The notes: a model not told the origin generated them from the sequence alone. A stretch of 64,000 bases of DNA from Vulcanimicrobiota bacterium (GCA_963695225.1 OY968762.1:544001-608000), one strand, 5' to 3'; shown: positions 40,008 to 50,823, counted from the first letter of the stretch. Program-made: numbers and translations.

Positions 40008-41416
40008 TTACTCCCGAACTCCTCTCCCGGCTCAGGGCGATCGTCCCCGACGCGCGAAGCGTCCTGACCGACCCCGAAGACCTGCTCGCGTACGGTTTCG
40101 ACGGGACCTGGTACGAGTGCGCGCCCCTCGCCGTGGTCCTGCCGGAGACTGCGCAACAGGTCGCGCAACTCCACCGGCTCGCGACGAGCGAACGCATCCC
40201 GCTGACGCCGCGCGCGATGGGGAGCGGGCTCTCCGGCGGCTCGATTCCGCTCGGCGGAAGCATCGTCCTCAACGTCGTGCGCATGAATCGCATCCTCGAA
40301 ATCGACGAGGCCAACCAGTGCGCCGTCGTCGAGCCGGGCGTGATCACAGCCGATCTGCAGCGCGCCGTCGAGGCGAAGGGGCTCTTCTATCCGCCCGATC
40401 CCTCGAGCCTGCGCCAATCCGCGCTCGGCGGGAACGTCGCGGAGAACGCAGGCGGCGCGCGCTGCCTAAAATACGGCGTGACGCGCGATTACGTCGCCGC
40501 GCTCGAGGTCGTGCTGCCGACGGGCGAGATCATCCGCACCGGCGGCAAGATGGTCAAGAACGTCACGGGATACGATCTGCGCGGGCTCTTTACCGGAGCC
40601 GAAGGGACGCTCGGGACGATCACGCAGATCACCGTCCGCCTCCTTTCGAAGCCGAAGTTTTCGGCGACCGCGACCGCCGCGTTCGCGCACATCGAGGATG
40701 CGGCGCGCGCCGTGACGGCGATCGTCGCAAGCGGGATCCTGCCCACGTCGATCGAGCTGATGGATCGCCTGACGATGGAGTGCGTCGAAGCGAGCACACC
40801 CTCGGGCTTACCGGTCGAAAGCGAAGCGCTGCTGCTCTTCGCCGTCGACGGCAACTACGAATCGATCGTCGCGAGCGAACTCGACGAGATCGCCGCGCTC
40901 GCGCGGACCGCCGGCGCGACGGACGTGTGCGTCGCGCGGTCGGCGGAGGAAAGCGCGCGCCTTTGGAACGCGCGCCGTTCGATTTCCCCCGCGCTCGCGC
41001 GGCGCCGCCCGAACAAGCTCGGCGAGGACGTCTCGGTCCCCCGTTCGGAGATCGTCGCGATGGTGCGCGCGATTCGTGAGATCTCCGCTCGGCACGACCT
41101 TCTCATTCCCGTCTTCGGGCATGCGGGCGACGGGAATCTCCACCCGAACATCTTGTGCGACCGGCGCGACGAGGCGGAGATGGCGCGCGTCCGCCTGGCC
41201 GCGCGCGAGATATTCGAAGCCGCCCTCGCGCTCGGCGGGACCCTCTCCGGAGAGCACGGGATCGGTTTGCTCAAGAAGCAGTTCCTCGAACTCGATCTCG
41301 GCCCCGACGTGCTCCGCTTGATGCGCCGCATCAAGGATGCGGTCGATCCGGCGGGGATCATGAACCCGGGGAAGATCTTCCCGGATCCGGGCGGAGCCGA
41401 TGCGTTTCGCCTCTAA
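40004..41416 (+). CDS. glcD: FAD-linked oxidase, glycolate oxidase GlcD-like
   Basis: YPPDPSS, GGNVAENAGG...KYGVT, GHAGDGNLHP, SGEHGIG, MNPGK. Confidence 0.9.
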   Translation: MITPELLSRLRAIVPDARSVLTDPEDLLAYGFDGTWYECAPLAVVLPETAQQVAQLHRLATSERIPLTPRAMGSGLSGGSIPLGGSIVLNVVRMNRILEIDEANQCAVVEPGVITADLQRAVEAKGLFYPPDPSSLRQSALGGNVAENAGGARCLKYGVTRDYVAALEVVLPTGEIIRTGGKMVKNVTGYDLRGLFTGAEGTLGTITQITVRLLSKPKFSATATAAFAHIEDAARAVTAIVASGILPTSIELMDRLTMECVEASTPSGLPVESEALLLFAVDGNYESIVASELDEIAALARTAGATDVCVARSAEESARLWNARRSISPALARRRPNKLGEDVSVPRSEIVAMVRAIREISARHDLLIPVFGHAGDGNLHPNILCDRRDEAEMARVRLAAREIFEAALALGGTLSGEHGIGLLKKQFLELDLGPDVLRLMRRIKDAVDPAGIMNPGKIFPDPGGADAFRL

Positions 41417-41428
41417 ACTCCCGACGCG

Positions 41429-42763
41429 ATGAGCGAACCCGGCGAACGCAAGCGCGGCTTCAGCGGAACCGACGTCCCCTCCGAAAGCGTCTACAATCAA
41501 TGCGTCCGGTGCGGGCTCTGCCTTCCCACGTGCCCGACGTACCTCGAGACGCTCGTCGAGACGTCGAGTCCGCGCGGGCGCATCGCGCTGATCAAGGCGG
41601 TCGGCGAAGGGCGGCTCGATCTGTTGAGCCCCGGCTTCGTTCATCAGATGTCCGAATGCCTCGATTGCCGCGCCTGCGAAGCGGTCTGCCCTTCGGGCGT
41701 CGCCTACGGGCAACTCCTCGAAGCCGCGCGCACCCAGATCGAGCGGGCGCAGGCGCCCACGCAGCCGGCGGCCCGCAAACTCGCGCGCGGTTTTGCACTC
41801 GGCGCGCTGTTCCGCAATCTCGGCCTGATGCGCTTCGCGGCATGGTGGCTGCGCTTCTACCAGCGCTCCGGTCTACAGGCGTTCGCGCGCAACTCCGGGA
41901 TCCTGCGGATGCTCCGTCTCGAGAAGCTCGAAGCGCTCGCGCCGCGCATTTCAGACCGCTTCTTCCTCCCGGACGGTCAACTTTGGAGAGCGACGACCCC
42001 GCAACGCAAGCTGACGGCGTTCATGCATGCCGGTTGCGTGATGCACGTGGCGTTCGCCGAGGTCGACGAAGCGACGGTGCGCGTCTTACGGCGCTCGGGG
42101 TGCGACGTCGTCGCGCCCGCAGACCAGGGGTGTTGCGGGGCGATCGCCGTGCACGCGGGGGATCTCGATCTCGGCCGCGAGCTGGCGAAACGGAACATTC
42201 TCGCGTTCGAACGCTCCGGGGCCGACGTCTACGCGATCAACGCGGCCGGCTGCGGTTCCTCGCTCAAGGAATACGGGCATCTCTTTGCCGAGGATCCGCG
42301 CTGGGGCCCGCGCGGGGCGGCCTTCTCCGCGAAGGTTCGGGACGTCACGGAACTGCTCGACGAGCTCGGGCTCGACCGGACGGGGCTCGGCCGCATCGAT
42401 GCGGTCGTCACGTATCAAGAACCGTGCCACCTGGCGCACGCCCAGCGCATCGCGGGCGCTCCGCGCCGTCTGCTCGCACAAATCCCGGGCCTCGTCATGC
42501 GCGAAATGGAAGAGAGCTCGCTTTGCTGCGGCAGCGCAGGGATCTACAACGTCACGCAGCCCGAGATGGCCGAGGATCTCGGCGCGCGGAAGGTCCGCAA
42601 CATCCTCGCCGTCGATCCCGCGCTCGTCGCAACCGCCAACCCGGGCTGCCAGCTGCAGATCTCGGCCGGCATCGTGAAGGCGGGGAAGACGATTCCCGTC
42701 AAGCACATCGTGCAACTCATCGACGAATCGTATGCGGCGGGAGCCCGCTCGAGCGCGCGCTAG
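41429..42763 (+). CDS. glcF: Fe-S oxidoreductase, GlcF-like
   Basis: Two CxxCxxCxxxCP motifs and two CCG domains. Confidence 0.9.
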   Translation: MSEPGERKRGFSGTDVPSESVYNQCVRCGLCLPTCPTYLETLVETSSPRGRIALIKAVGEGRLDLLSPGFVHQMSECLDCRACEAVCPSGVAYGQLLEAARTQIERAQAPTQPAARKLARGFALGALFRNLGLMRFAAWWLRFYQRSGLQAFARNSGILRMLRLEKLEALAPRISDRFFLPDGQLWRATTPQRKLTAFMHAGCVMHVAFAEVDEATVRVLRRSGCDVVAPADQGCCGAIAVHAGDLDLGRELAKRNILAFERSGADVYAINAAGCGSSLKEYGHLFAEDPRWGPRGAAFSAKVRDVTELLDELGLDRTGLGRIDAVVTYQEPCHLAHAQRIAGAPRRLLAQIPGLVMREMEESSLCCGSAGIYNVTQPEMAEDLGARKVRNILAVDPALVATANPGCQLQISAGIVKAGKTIPVKHIVQLIDESYAAGARSSAR

Positions 42764-43101
42764 CCTTCGAACTCCCGCCACTCCACGATCGCGCCGTTGC
42801 GGAACCAGACGAGCGCGCAACCCGCGTGCTCGACCCAACCGCCGCCTTCGGTCTGGATGCCGAAGCTGTAGAGTACCGCCGCGCGATCGCCCTCGACGAT
42901 CGTTTCGCGCGGCCAGAAGCGCCAGCGCGGCCCATCCCGGAAGAAGCGCGTGAAGTGAGCGAGGATGTCTTGGCGCCCAACGAGCGGATCGCGCTTGGCC
43001 TCTCGGTAGGTTGCGCCCGGAGCGAAGTGCGCCACCGCGCGCAGCGCATCCCCCGAATCCCACGCGACGAAGAGCCCGTCGAGCGCTTCCCGGAGCGTCA
43101 C
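42760..43101 (-). CDS. SnoaL/NTF2-like protein
   Basis: FVAWDSGD...HFAPGATY...GRQDILAHF...FRNGAIVEWREF. The track start at 43161 lies inside the tRNA, so GTG 43101 is preferred. Confidence 0.8.
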   Translation of the reverse strand: MTLREALDGLFVAWDSGDALRAVAHFAPGATYREAKRDPLVGRQDILAHFTRFFRDGPRWRFWPRETIVEGDRAAVLYSFGIQTEGGGWVEHAGCALVWFRNGAIVEWREFEG

Positions 43102-43132
43102 GGCGCGCTCGGCTCGCCGCGGGCCGTCGATG

Positions 43133-43204
43133 CTGGGGCGGATGGATTCGAACCACCGCATGGAGGATTCAAAGTCCCCTGCCTTACCGCTTGGCTACGC
43201 CCCA
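43133..43204 (-). tRNA. tRNA-Gln (anticodon TTG), CCA not encoded
   Basis: Reverse complement TGGGGCGTAGCCAAGCGGTAAGGCAGGGGACTTTGAATCCTCCATGCGGTGGTTCGAATCCATCCGCCCCAG. Confidence 0.95.
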
Positions 43205-43587
43205 ACGTGGTTAAACTCGTCCTTTTTCATACCGGTAAACGCCGCGTGACCCGGTTCGTGAGGGCCCCGCTACCCTGGTTTGTACGGCAAGTTGCCCGGC
43301 GTCCCTACGCGGGATAGGGCCGCGCCTCCGGTTCTTCCACGGCCCTCGCGCCCCCTTGGAGCGCCTCACGCCAAGTTCACGCCTGGCGGCGGGCCGGCGA
43401 AGCGAGGGGGCGCTCGGCTCCGACCTCCGGCACCTTCGAATGGTCCATACTGCGGTCCCCCGAGAGGGGCGTCCTTGTTATGATCTCGGCATCGGCAGCG
43501 GAGTCCGGTCCTCCGTGACGCGGCCGAGGGAATCAGCGAAGTTCCGTCTCGAGGATCGTCTTTGCGGGGTTGAATGGAGTCGTGCCG

Positions 43588-44607
43588 ATGGGCTCGTTGA
43601 AGAATGCGTCGCTGGTCGCGACGCTGCTGACCTTGTGCGCGTGCGGCGGCGGTTCATCGGGGCCATCCGCGCCCTCGATTCCGAATCTGCTGGCGGCGCC
43701 CGCCGGTGCGTCGACGCCGACTCCCGTTCAGACGAACCGGCCCGAGCCGAACCCAACCGGGATCGCATCTGCGACGCCGGCACCGAGCGCGAGCCCGAGC
43801 CCGGGCGCTCCAGGGACTCCGGGCCCGAGCCCCATCCCGTCCATGACGCCGAGTCAGGCGCCCACGCCGGCGTCCGGCGCGGTCGTCGATCTCACGTTTT
43901 CGCTCCCGCAGTTCGAATCGGCGAGCGCGTTTTCATGGCGCGTCTATCGGAACGGCGTCGCCGCTACGCCCCAGGCGAGCTCCTGCGCGGGCCTCTCCTG
44001 CTCCGCGACGCTCGCCGCGCCGGCGGGGGCGCAAACTTTCGGCATCGTCGTGACCGACGGATCCGGCTTCGTGCTCGACGACGGGACGGCGGCGCAAACG
44101 ATCGTTCCCGGCACGAACGTGGTAACGGTGTCGCTCGACCCCGTCGCCGCGAGCGCGCGCCATCTTCTGAACGTGAACGGCGCGCAAGCCACGGGCGACG
44201 TGACGCTCTCCGAAGGGACGTTCTACGGCGGATACGTCACTTTGTTCAACCACCAAACGTCGCTCATCACATCGGATCCGACGGCGAACGTGCCGTTCGT
44301 GCTCTCCGGCACCGTCGACTTCATCGATACGAATGACGACCGCACCGTCGCGCCCGTCCTCACCGTGACCTCGCTCTACGGGCCGGGCGTCAGCAACTTG
44401 AGCGGACCGGGCTCGTCGTCGTTGTGGTTCTACTCCACCACGTTGAGCGGAGACGTCGGGGTGTCGATCAAGTGCAATCGTCCCGGCCAAACGCACCTCG
44501 CAACCGTCCAGAACGGCGCCGGCTCGGTGACCGGCTTCTCGTACAGCCCAACGAACTACCCGGTCCAGGGATCGGCGCTCGACTCGTTCCAGGTCACCTG
44601 CCTTTGA
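43588..44607 (+). CDS. Lipoprotein with Pro/Ser/Thr-rich linker and beta-rich domains
   Basis: Lipobox LCAC followed by GGGSS; about 75-aa PST linker; SD GGAG. Confidence 0.8.
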   Translation: MGSLKNASLVATLLTLCACGGGSSGPSAPSIPNLLAAPAGASTPTPVQTNRPEPNPTGIASATPAPSASPSPGAPGTPGPSPIPSMTPSQAPTPASGAVVDLTFSLPQFESASAFSWRVYRNGVAATPQASSCAGLSCSATLAAPAGAQTFGIVVTDGSGFVLDDGTAAQTIVPGTNVVTVSLDPVAASARHLLNVNGAQATGDVTLSEGTFYGGYVTLFNHQTSLITSDPTANVPFVLSGTVDFIDTNDDRTVAPVLTVTSLYGPGVSNLSGPGSSSLWFYSTTLSGDVGVSIKCNRPGQTHLATVQNGAGSVTGFSYSPTNYPVQGSALDSFQVTCL

Positions 44608-44639
44608 CGGCGGATCGAAGACGGGCGGGCCGTCGCGGC

Positions 44640-45659
44640 CTATTGCCCGACGACGCTGCCGATCGAGCGCATCACGTTGGCCGGGCGCATCGCATCCGCG
44701 GCCGCCGTCGCCTCGAAGCCCGAATGCACCATGCAGTCCACGCACTTCGGGTTTCCGCTCGCGTGGCCGTACTTCTCCCACTCCGTCTCTTCGAGCAGCG
44801 CCTTGTACGACGGGGCGTAACCCTCACCGAGCAGATAGCAGGGCTTCTGCCAGCCGAAGAGGCTGTACGACGGCATGCCCCACGGCGTGCAATCGTATTC
44901 CTTTTCGCCCGTCAAGAAGTCGAGGAAGAACGGGCTTGCGTTGAACTGCCACTTCTTCTTCCCGGTCCTCCACGGCTCGAGCATCGCGCGGAAAAGTTGC
45001 GTCGTTTGCGCGCGGGCTAAGAAGTGATCTTGATCCGCCGCCTTCTCGTAGCGGTATCCCGGAGAGATCGTCATACCGTCGATGCGGAGGTCGTCCGTGA
45101 GGAAATCGAAGAACTCCCCGAACTCCTTCGGGTCGGCATTGTCGAAAATCGTCGTGTTCGTCGTGACGCGGAAGCCGCGCGCCTTCGCAGCGCGAATCGC
45201 CTTCACGGCGACGTCGAAGACTCCAGGTCGCGCGACGGCCGCATCGTGGACTTCCTTGGGGCCGTCGAGGTGGACGCTGAACGAGAAGTACGGCGAGGGA
45301 TGGAACTTCATCAGGCTCTCTTCGAGCCGGATCGCGTTCGTGCAGAGGTAGACGAACTTCTTTCGCGCCACGAGGCCCGCGACGATCCGGTCGATCTGCG
45401 GATGCAGCAGCGGCTCGCCGCCGGGAATCGAGACGACGGGCGCGCCGCATTCCTCGGCGGCCGCGAAACACTGCTCGGGGGTGAGGTGCGCGCGCAGCAC
45501 GTCGACCGGATGCTGGATCTTCCCGCAGCCCTTACACGCGAGGTTGCAACGGAACAGCGGTTCGAGCATCAGCACCAGCGGATAGCGCTTCTTCCCGGCG
45601 AGGCGTTGGCGGACCACGTACGAGCCGACGGCGGCGGCCTGTTTGAGCGAGATGGACAA
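44640..45659 (-). CDS. hpnH: Hopanoid radical SAM adenosylhopane synthase
   Basis: [29 protein letters not shown]...[19 protein letters not shown]. Confidence 0.95.
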   Translation of the reverse strand: MSISLKQAAAVGSYVVRQRLAGKKRYPLVLMLEPLFRCNLACKGCGKIQHPVDVLRAHLTPEQCFAAAEECGAPVVSIPGGEPLLHPQIDRIVAGLVARKKFVYLCTNAIRLEESLMKFHPSPYFSFSVHLDGPKEVHDAAVARPGVFDVAVKAIRAAKARGFRVTTNTTIFDNADPKEFGEFFDFLTDDLRIDGMTISPGYRYEKAADQDHFLARAQTTQLFRAMLEPWRTGKKKWQFNASPFFLDFLTGEKEYDCTPWGMPSYSLFGWQKPCYLLGEGYAPSYKALLEETEWEKYGHASGNPKCVDCMVHSGFEATAAADAMRPANVMRSIGSVVGQ

Positions 45660-45669
45660 GACGGACTCC

Positions 45670-46656
45670 CTACTGCGGGTCGAGCATGCCGCGTTCGCGG
45701 AACCACGCGACGGCTCCGGCCAGCGCGGGGTCGAGCGGACCGGGCGCGTAACCCAAGTCCCGTTCCGCCTTCGCGCTCAGGTAGAACATTCGCTGCCGGC
45801 TCATCCGCACGGCGTCGACCTCCGCTTCCGGTTTGACGCCCAACGAGCCGGCGACGGCTTCCGCGCCGGCGGCATAGGCTAACGCGAGGGCGTGCGGGAC
45901 GCGGAGCGTGGGGGCGGGACGCCCGACCAGTGGGGCAAGACGTTCGAGCAAGGCCCTCAGGGTGAGGTTCTCGTGACCGAGGATGTAACGCTCCCCCGTC
46001 CGTCCCCGCTCGTACGCGAGCAGATGGCCGCGCGCGACGTCCCGCACGTCGACGACGTTGAGGCCCGTCTCGACGTACGCGGGCATTCGGCCGGTCGCGA
46101 AGCGGACCAGAATCTCACCGGTCGGCGTCGGCTTGGCGTCCCAGGCCCCGATCGGCGTCGAGGGGTTCACGATCACCACGTCGAGCCCGCCGTGCGCGGC
46201 CGCGCGTACCGCTTCCTCGGCAAAGTATTTCGAGCGCTTGTACGCGCCGATCAGCGCGCCGGCAGGACTCTGATACGATTCGTCCGCGGGGCGCCCGTCG
46301 GCGCGGGTGCCTATGGCCGCCACCGAGCTCGTGTGCACGACGCGCGGGATCCGCGCAGCCCGAGCGGCGGAGAGGACCGCCTGCGTCCCGGCGACGTTCG
46401 CGTGCATGACGGCGGTCGCGTCGCGCCGCGCGAGAGAGTAGAGCGCGGCGACGTGGAAGAGCGCGTCGCAGCCTCGCATGGCCGCGGCAAGCGTGGGGAG
46501 GAAGAGGTCCCCCGCGACGCATTCGACCGGGAGGCCGTCGAGGTTCGGGGCCGCCCCGCGCACGAGCGCGCGTACGGCCCAGCCCTCGTCGAGGAGCGCT
46601 CGCACGAGATTCGCACCGACGAAGCCCGAGGCCCCGGTCACGAATGCGGTGCGCAT
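45670..46656 (-). CDS. hpnA: Hopanoid-associated NAD-dependent epimerase
   Basis: [37 protein letters not shown]; lies in the shc operon. Confidence 0.9.
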   Translation of the reverse strand: MRTAFVTGASGFVGANLVRALLDEGWAVRALVRGAAPNLDGLPVECVAGDLFLPTLAAAMRGCDALFHVAALYSLARRDATAVMHANVAGTQAVLSAARAARIPRVVHTSSVAAIGTRADGRPADESYQSPAGALIGAYKRSKYFAEEAVRAAAHGGLDVVIVNPSTPIGAWDAKPTPTGEILVRFATGRMPAYVETGLNVVDVRDVARGHLLAYERGRTGERYILGHENLTLRALLERLAPLVGRPAPTLRVPHALALAYAAGAEAVAGSLGVKPEAEVDAVRMSRQRMFYLSAKAERDLGYAPGPLDPALAGAVAWFRERGMLDPQ

Positions 46657-46661
46657 CGCCG

Positions 46662-47702
46662 TCAGCGCGTCGCCAGCCGGTATTCGCGCGCGCGAACGGA
46701 GTCGACGAGCCGGCGCAGCGTCCCGTTCGTCAGCGACGCCGGCGGTGCGGCAAGCGCGATCGCCTTCACTTCGTCGCGCGTGATCTTCACGCTCCCGCCG
46801 GGTGCGAGCATCGCGTCCGACCGGTCGAGTTCGCGTAACGTCGCGACGGCCAAGAGCACAGGCAAGGCGCAAAAGACGCGCACGCGCGGCGCGCCGAACG
46901 GAATCGCTTCGATGTAAGCGACGGCGCGTTCGAGATCCTTGCGTGCGAGCTCGATCAGCGGCTGCAATGCGGACCGGTTGGCGGCGCGCTGCGGCGCCGA
47001 CAGCAGACGATCTTGACTGCTGCCGCGCGACGCGAGCAGATCGGCCGGCACGTAGATCGCGTTCTCGCGTTCCGCGTCCCAGGCGATGTCCTTGAGGATG
47101 TTGACGGTCTGCAGCGCTTCCCCGAAGGCCTCGCAATCGCGCAGGAGCCGTTCCATGACGCCGGCGCTTACCGCGTGCGAGTGCGCGTGCCACAACTCCG
47201 TGAGTAAGTACCCGACCGTTCCGGCGACGTAATAGCAATACGTGCGGAACTCGTCGATCGAGCCGAGCCGCAGACCCTGTGGATACTTCAAGACGAAACG
47301 CCGCATGCCGGCGACCATCTTCGTCACCCAGCGCCGCAGGATCGCGCGGCTGTCCGGATCGAGCGCCCGGAATGCGGCGAAGACTTCGGAGCCCGCCGCG
47401 ACGAGTTCGCGGTGGTCCTCGATTCCGGTCAGTTCCGCGGCCATCGCGGCGAACGGCGTCCCGGCATCGTCGAACGCGGCGACGAACCGGTCCAACAATT
47501 CGGCCTTCCTATGCGCCGGAAGTTCGAGGTCGTCTTCGATCGTGTCCGCGATGCGGCACAGCAAATACCCCACGCGAACCGGACGTTCCAGACGCAGGGG
47601 CAACATCCGGATCCCCAGCGCGAACGTACGGGAAACGCGCGGCAAGAGCAGGCGAAGACGACGCTCGCTGCTCGCGTCGAGCGGCTCGAGCGCGAACGTC
47701 AT
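46662..47702 (-). CDS. Squalene synthase-like protein, paralog 2 (in the hopanoid operon)
   Basis: VSRTFA, YLLCRIADTIEDD, YCYYVAGTVG, FGEALQTVNILKD; directly downstream of shc. Confidence 0.9.
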   Translation of the reverse strand: MTFALEPLDASSERRLRLLLPRVSRTFALGIRMLPLRLERPVRVGYLLCRIADTIEDDLELPAHRKAELLDRFVAAFDDAGTPFAAMAAELTGIEDHRELVAAGSEVFAAFRALDPDSRAILRRWVTKMVAGMRRFVLKYPQGLRLGSIDEFRTYCYYVAGTVGYLLTELWHAHSHAVSAGVMERLLRDCEAFGEALQTVNILKDIAWDAERENAIYVPADLLASRGSSQDRLLSAPQRAANRSALQPLIELARKDLERAVAYIEAIPFGAPRVRVFCALPVLLAVATLRELDRSDAMLAPGGSVKITRDEVKAIALAAPPASLTNGTLRRLVDSVRAREYRLATR

Positions 47703-47732
47703 CCGCCGCGTGCGGTCCCGCGCGCGCGCGGC

Positions 47733-49679
47733 TCAGCGAGCCGCGCGGCGCGCATAACGTCCCAATGCGGAGAGCGGGAATTGCAGGCGATACTGATGGT
47801 AATTCAGATAGAAGTGCTGCGGAAAACCCGTTCCCGTGAAATGCGGTTCGTCCCATGTGCCTTCGGGCGTTTGCGTGCGCAGCAGATACGCGACGCCGGT
47901 TTCGATCGAAGCCTCGAACGCGCCCGCGATCTCCGGCAGCCGTTCCGCCGCCGCGAGCAAGCCGATGAGGCCCCACGCCGTTTGACTCGCGGTCGACGGG
48001 CCGGTGCCGCGGAGCGACGGCTTGCGATACGTTTCGGTCGTTTCGCCCCAGCCGCCGTCAGCGTTTTGCACGCTGCGCAGCCAGACCGCTCCGCGCACGA
48101 CCGCGCGATCGATCTCGCGCCCCGCCTGCATCGGCCCGAGCGCGGCGAGCGCGTTGCTCGTGCCGTAGACGTAGTTCACGCCCCAACGTCCGAACCAGGC
48201 GCCGTCGGCCTCTTGTTCGGCAAGCAAATATCTCAGACCGCGCTCGAAGCGCCACGTCTCGAAACGTGCGTCGACGCGAGCGACCATCTCCAGCACGCGC
48301 GCGGTGACGTCGGCCGTGTTTGGATCGATCATCGCTTTGAGGTCGCCGTATTGAATGCGATTGAGCCACGCCTTGTCGTTGTCGACATCGAACGCGGCCC
48401 AGCCGCCGGGCTTGCACTGCATCGTTGCGATCCACTGCACGCCCCGCTCGATCGCTGCACGCACCCGATCGGGCTGCGGATGATCGACCGCCGCGATCGC
48501 CATGACCGCCATCGCGGAATCGTCCACGTCGGGATACCAAGAGTTGTCGAACTCGAAGGCCCACCCGCCGGGCTTTCCCGTGCGGTTCTTGACCGCCCAA
48601 TCGCCGTAGCGCGCGACGATCTGCTTTTCCATCAACCAGGAAACCGCGCGCACGAGCCGGGGGTCGTCGCGCCGCACGTTCGCATCGACGAGCGCCCGAA
48701 CCGCGATCGCCGTATCCCACACGGGGGAGAGGCACGGCTGCACGCGATACGCGCCGCCTCCCCTCACCGTGAAGCCGTCGAGCGCCGCGAAGCCGCGCAC
48801 GACGACGGGATCTTCGACGTCGTAGTCGAGCGCGCGCAGCGCGAGCATCGCGTTGAGCATCGCGGGGATGATCCCAGCCCAATCGCCGGTCTCTTCCTGC
48901 CGTTCGACGGTCCAGCGCTCGGCCGCGCGCAGACCGGCGGCGCGGAACGGAACCAATCCGTTGTGATCCATCCAGCGTAGCGCGGCGTCGACCCCGTTGA
49001 GCGCGATCGCCAGCAGATCGTCGGTCGAATCCGGCAGCACGAAGCGCGCGCTCTCGCGTCCCTCTACCCAGAGTTCGTCGAGCGAATACGGCGCTCCGTA
49101 CACGGGCTTGCGATCGAATACGATCGTCAGCGGTACGGTGCTGGCGCGCGCCCAACTCGAGAGATCGTAGATCGAGAGCGGCCCGCGCTCGGGCAGCAAG
49201 ATCAGCCACGCCGGCAACGACGGAAGCGCGCTCCATTCGAACGCGCCGACGAGCGCGAGATGCATCTTCGTGAAGATGCGTGCCTTCGCGATGCCGCCGC
49301 GCGCGAGGATGAAGGCGCGCGCGCGCACGAGCGCCGAATCCGAAGCCGGAACGCCGAGCATGCGCAGGGCGAGATACGCTTCAATCGTGACGCTGAGTTC
49401 GCCGCCGTCGCCGTAGGCCAGCTCCCAACCTCCGTGAGCCCGTTGCTCGCCCCGGAAATAGCGCTCGGCATCTGCGCGCGGCACGCGCTCGAACGTTCCC
49501 CAAACGTAATGCAGGAGCATCAGCTCCGCCGTCATCGTGACGTTCGATTGCAATTCTGCCCACCAATCGCCGCTGGGCCGTTGCAGCGCGAAGAGTGCGG
49601 CCGTCGCGCGCTCGACGGCGGCGTCGACGGAAGCGGGGTCAACGCCGAGGGCGTCAGAAGATTGGACTTCGATGCTCAT
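47733..49679 (-). CDS. shc: Squalene-hopene cyclase
   Basis: DXDD motif (YPDVDDSA), QW repeats (QEADGAW, QNADGGWGE, QTPEGTW), GTGFP..FYL.Y. Confidence 0.97.
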   Translation of the reverse strand: MSIEVQSSDALGVDPASVDAAVERATAALFALQRPSGDWWAELQSNVTMTAELMLLHYVWGTFERVPRADAERYFRGEQRAHGGWELAYGDGGELSVTIEAYLALRMLGVPASDSALVRARAFILARGGIAKARIFTKMHLALVGAFEWSALPSLPAWLILLPERGPLSIYDLSSWARASTVPLTIVFDRKPVYGAPYSLDELWVEGRESARFVLPDSTDDLLAIALNGVDAALRWMDHNGLVPFRAAGLRAAERWTVERQEETGDWAGIIPAMLNAMLALRALDYDVEDPVVVRGFAALDGFTVRGGGAYRVQPCLSPVWDTAIAVRALVDANVRRDDPRLVRAVSWLMEKQIVARYGDWAVKNRTGKPGGWAFEFDNSWYPDVDDSAMAVMAIAAVDHPQPDRVRAAIERGVQWIATMQCKPGGWAAFDVDNDKAWLNRIQYGDLKAMIDPNTADVTARVLEMVARVDARFETWRFERGLRYLLAEQEADGAWFGRWGVNYVYGTSNALAALGPMQAGREIDRAVVRGAVWLRSVQNADGGWGETTETYRKPSLRGTGPSTASQTAWGLIGLLAAAERLPEIAGAFEASIETGVAYLLRTQTPEGTWDEPHFTGTGFPQHFYLNYHQYRLQFPLSALGRYARRAAR

Positions 49680-50823
49680 ACTCGCTCGAGCGGCCGTCTG
49701 GGCCGGTGCTGCCGCGTGGTTTGGTCTCGTAGTCGCACGTGGCTCATTTTGGCGCTCGCGAGGCGTCGGCCTCCGCTCGCCCCACCCGAATCGCACGCTG
49801 CCGGACGTCCGGGCCGTCATCCCCGCGCGAGACGAAGCCGACGTGTTGCCGGAAACGCTGGCGAGCCTGCGCGCGCAGCGGTATCCTGGGAATTTCTCGA
49901 TACTCCTCGTCGACGACCTCAGCACCGACGGAACGCCCCGCGTCGCGGCCGGCGCCGGCGTCGAGGTCCTCCCCGGCGCAACTCGCCCCGAAGGCTGGAC
50001 CGGAAAGGTGTGGGCGCTCGAACAGGGCGTCCGGGCCGTTCGCGAGCGCGGTGAACGGCCCGCCTACTGGTGGTTCACCGACGCGGACGTCGTGCACGGT
50101 CCCGACGTCCTCGCGCAGCTCGTCGCAACCGCGCAGGACGAGAATCGCGACATCGTCTCGCTGATGGTACAGCTCCACTGCCGCACGCCCGCGGAACGGC
50201 TCCTGATCCCGGCGTTCGTCTTCTTCTTCATGAAGCTCTACCCGTTTCGCTGGGTCGCCGACTCGCGACGGGCGACGGCGGCCGCGGCCGGCGGCTGCCT
50301 CTTGCTGCGCGCCGGCGCACTCGAACGCATCGGCGGCGTCGCGCGCATCAAAGACGCGCTGATCGACGACGTCGCGCTCGCCCGCGCCGTGAAGGATTCC
50401 GGGGGCGCGCTGCGCCTCGAACTGGCCGACCAATCGCGGAGCATTCGACCGTACACGACGCTGGGCGCGATCTGGTCGATGGTCGCGCGCACTGCATACA
50501 CGCAGCTCCGCTACTCGCCGGCGCTCTTGGCAGGGACCGTGCTCGGCATGGGCGTGCTGTACCTGGTTCCCCCGGTCGCGACCGTTGCGGGAATCGCGCG
50601 GCGCCGCCCCGCTACGGCGGCGGCGGGGGCTTCGGCGTGGATCGCGCTCTCGCTGGCATACGTGCCGACGCTGCGCCGTTATCGAACCAGCGCGTGGCTC
50701 GCGCCGCTCTTGCCCGTCGCGGCACTCTTGTACACGGCAATGACCGTCGATTCGGCGCTGCGCCACATGCGCGGCGCGGGCGGCGCGTGGAAAGGACGGA
50801 CGTTCAACCCGGCAGGGCGCTGA
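49672..50823 (+). CDS. hpnB: Hopanoid glycosyltransferase (GT2)
   Basis: IPARDEA, VDDLSTDGT, GWTGKVWAL, FTDAD, AAAGGC, LIDD, MVARTAYTQLRYS. Confidence 0.88.
   Translation: MLILARAAVWAGAAAWFGLVVARGSFWRSRGVGLRSPHPNRTLPDVRAVIPARDEADVLPETLASLRAQRYPGNFSILLVDDLSTDGTPRVAAGAGVEVLPGATRPEGWTGKVWALEQGVRAVRERGERPAYWWFTDADVVHGPDVLAQLVATAQDENRDIVSLMVQLHCRTPAERLLIPAFVFFFMKLYPFRWVADSRRATAAAAGGCLLLRAGALERIGGVARIKDALIDDVALARAVKDSGGALRLELADQSRSIRPYTTLGAIWSMVARTAYTQLRYSPALLAGTVLGMGVLYLVPPVATVAGIARRRPATAAAGASAWIALSLAYVPTLRRYRTSAWLAPLLPVAALLYTAMTVDSALRHMRGAGGAWKGRTFNPAGR

Noticed and set aside
43405..43430. GGGGGCGCTCGGCTCCGAC resembling a tmRNA 5' end
   Set aside because: No matching T-arm/acceptor 3' end at the expected distance, which would fall inside the lipoprotein gene.
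43476..43545. Structured leader after a TG-TATGAT -10 upstream of the lipoprotein gene
   Set aside because: Short GC stems are expected by chance and match no riboswitch I recognise.
43690..43880. Repeat-like DNA (ccgagc/ccg runs)
   Set aside because: It simply encodes the Pro/Ser/Thr linker of the lipoprotein; it is not a CRISPR or tandem array.
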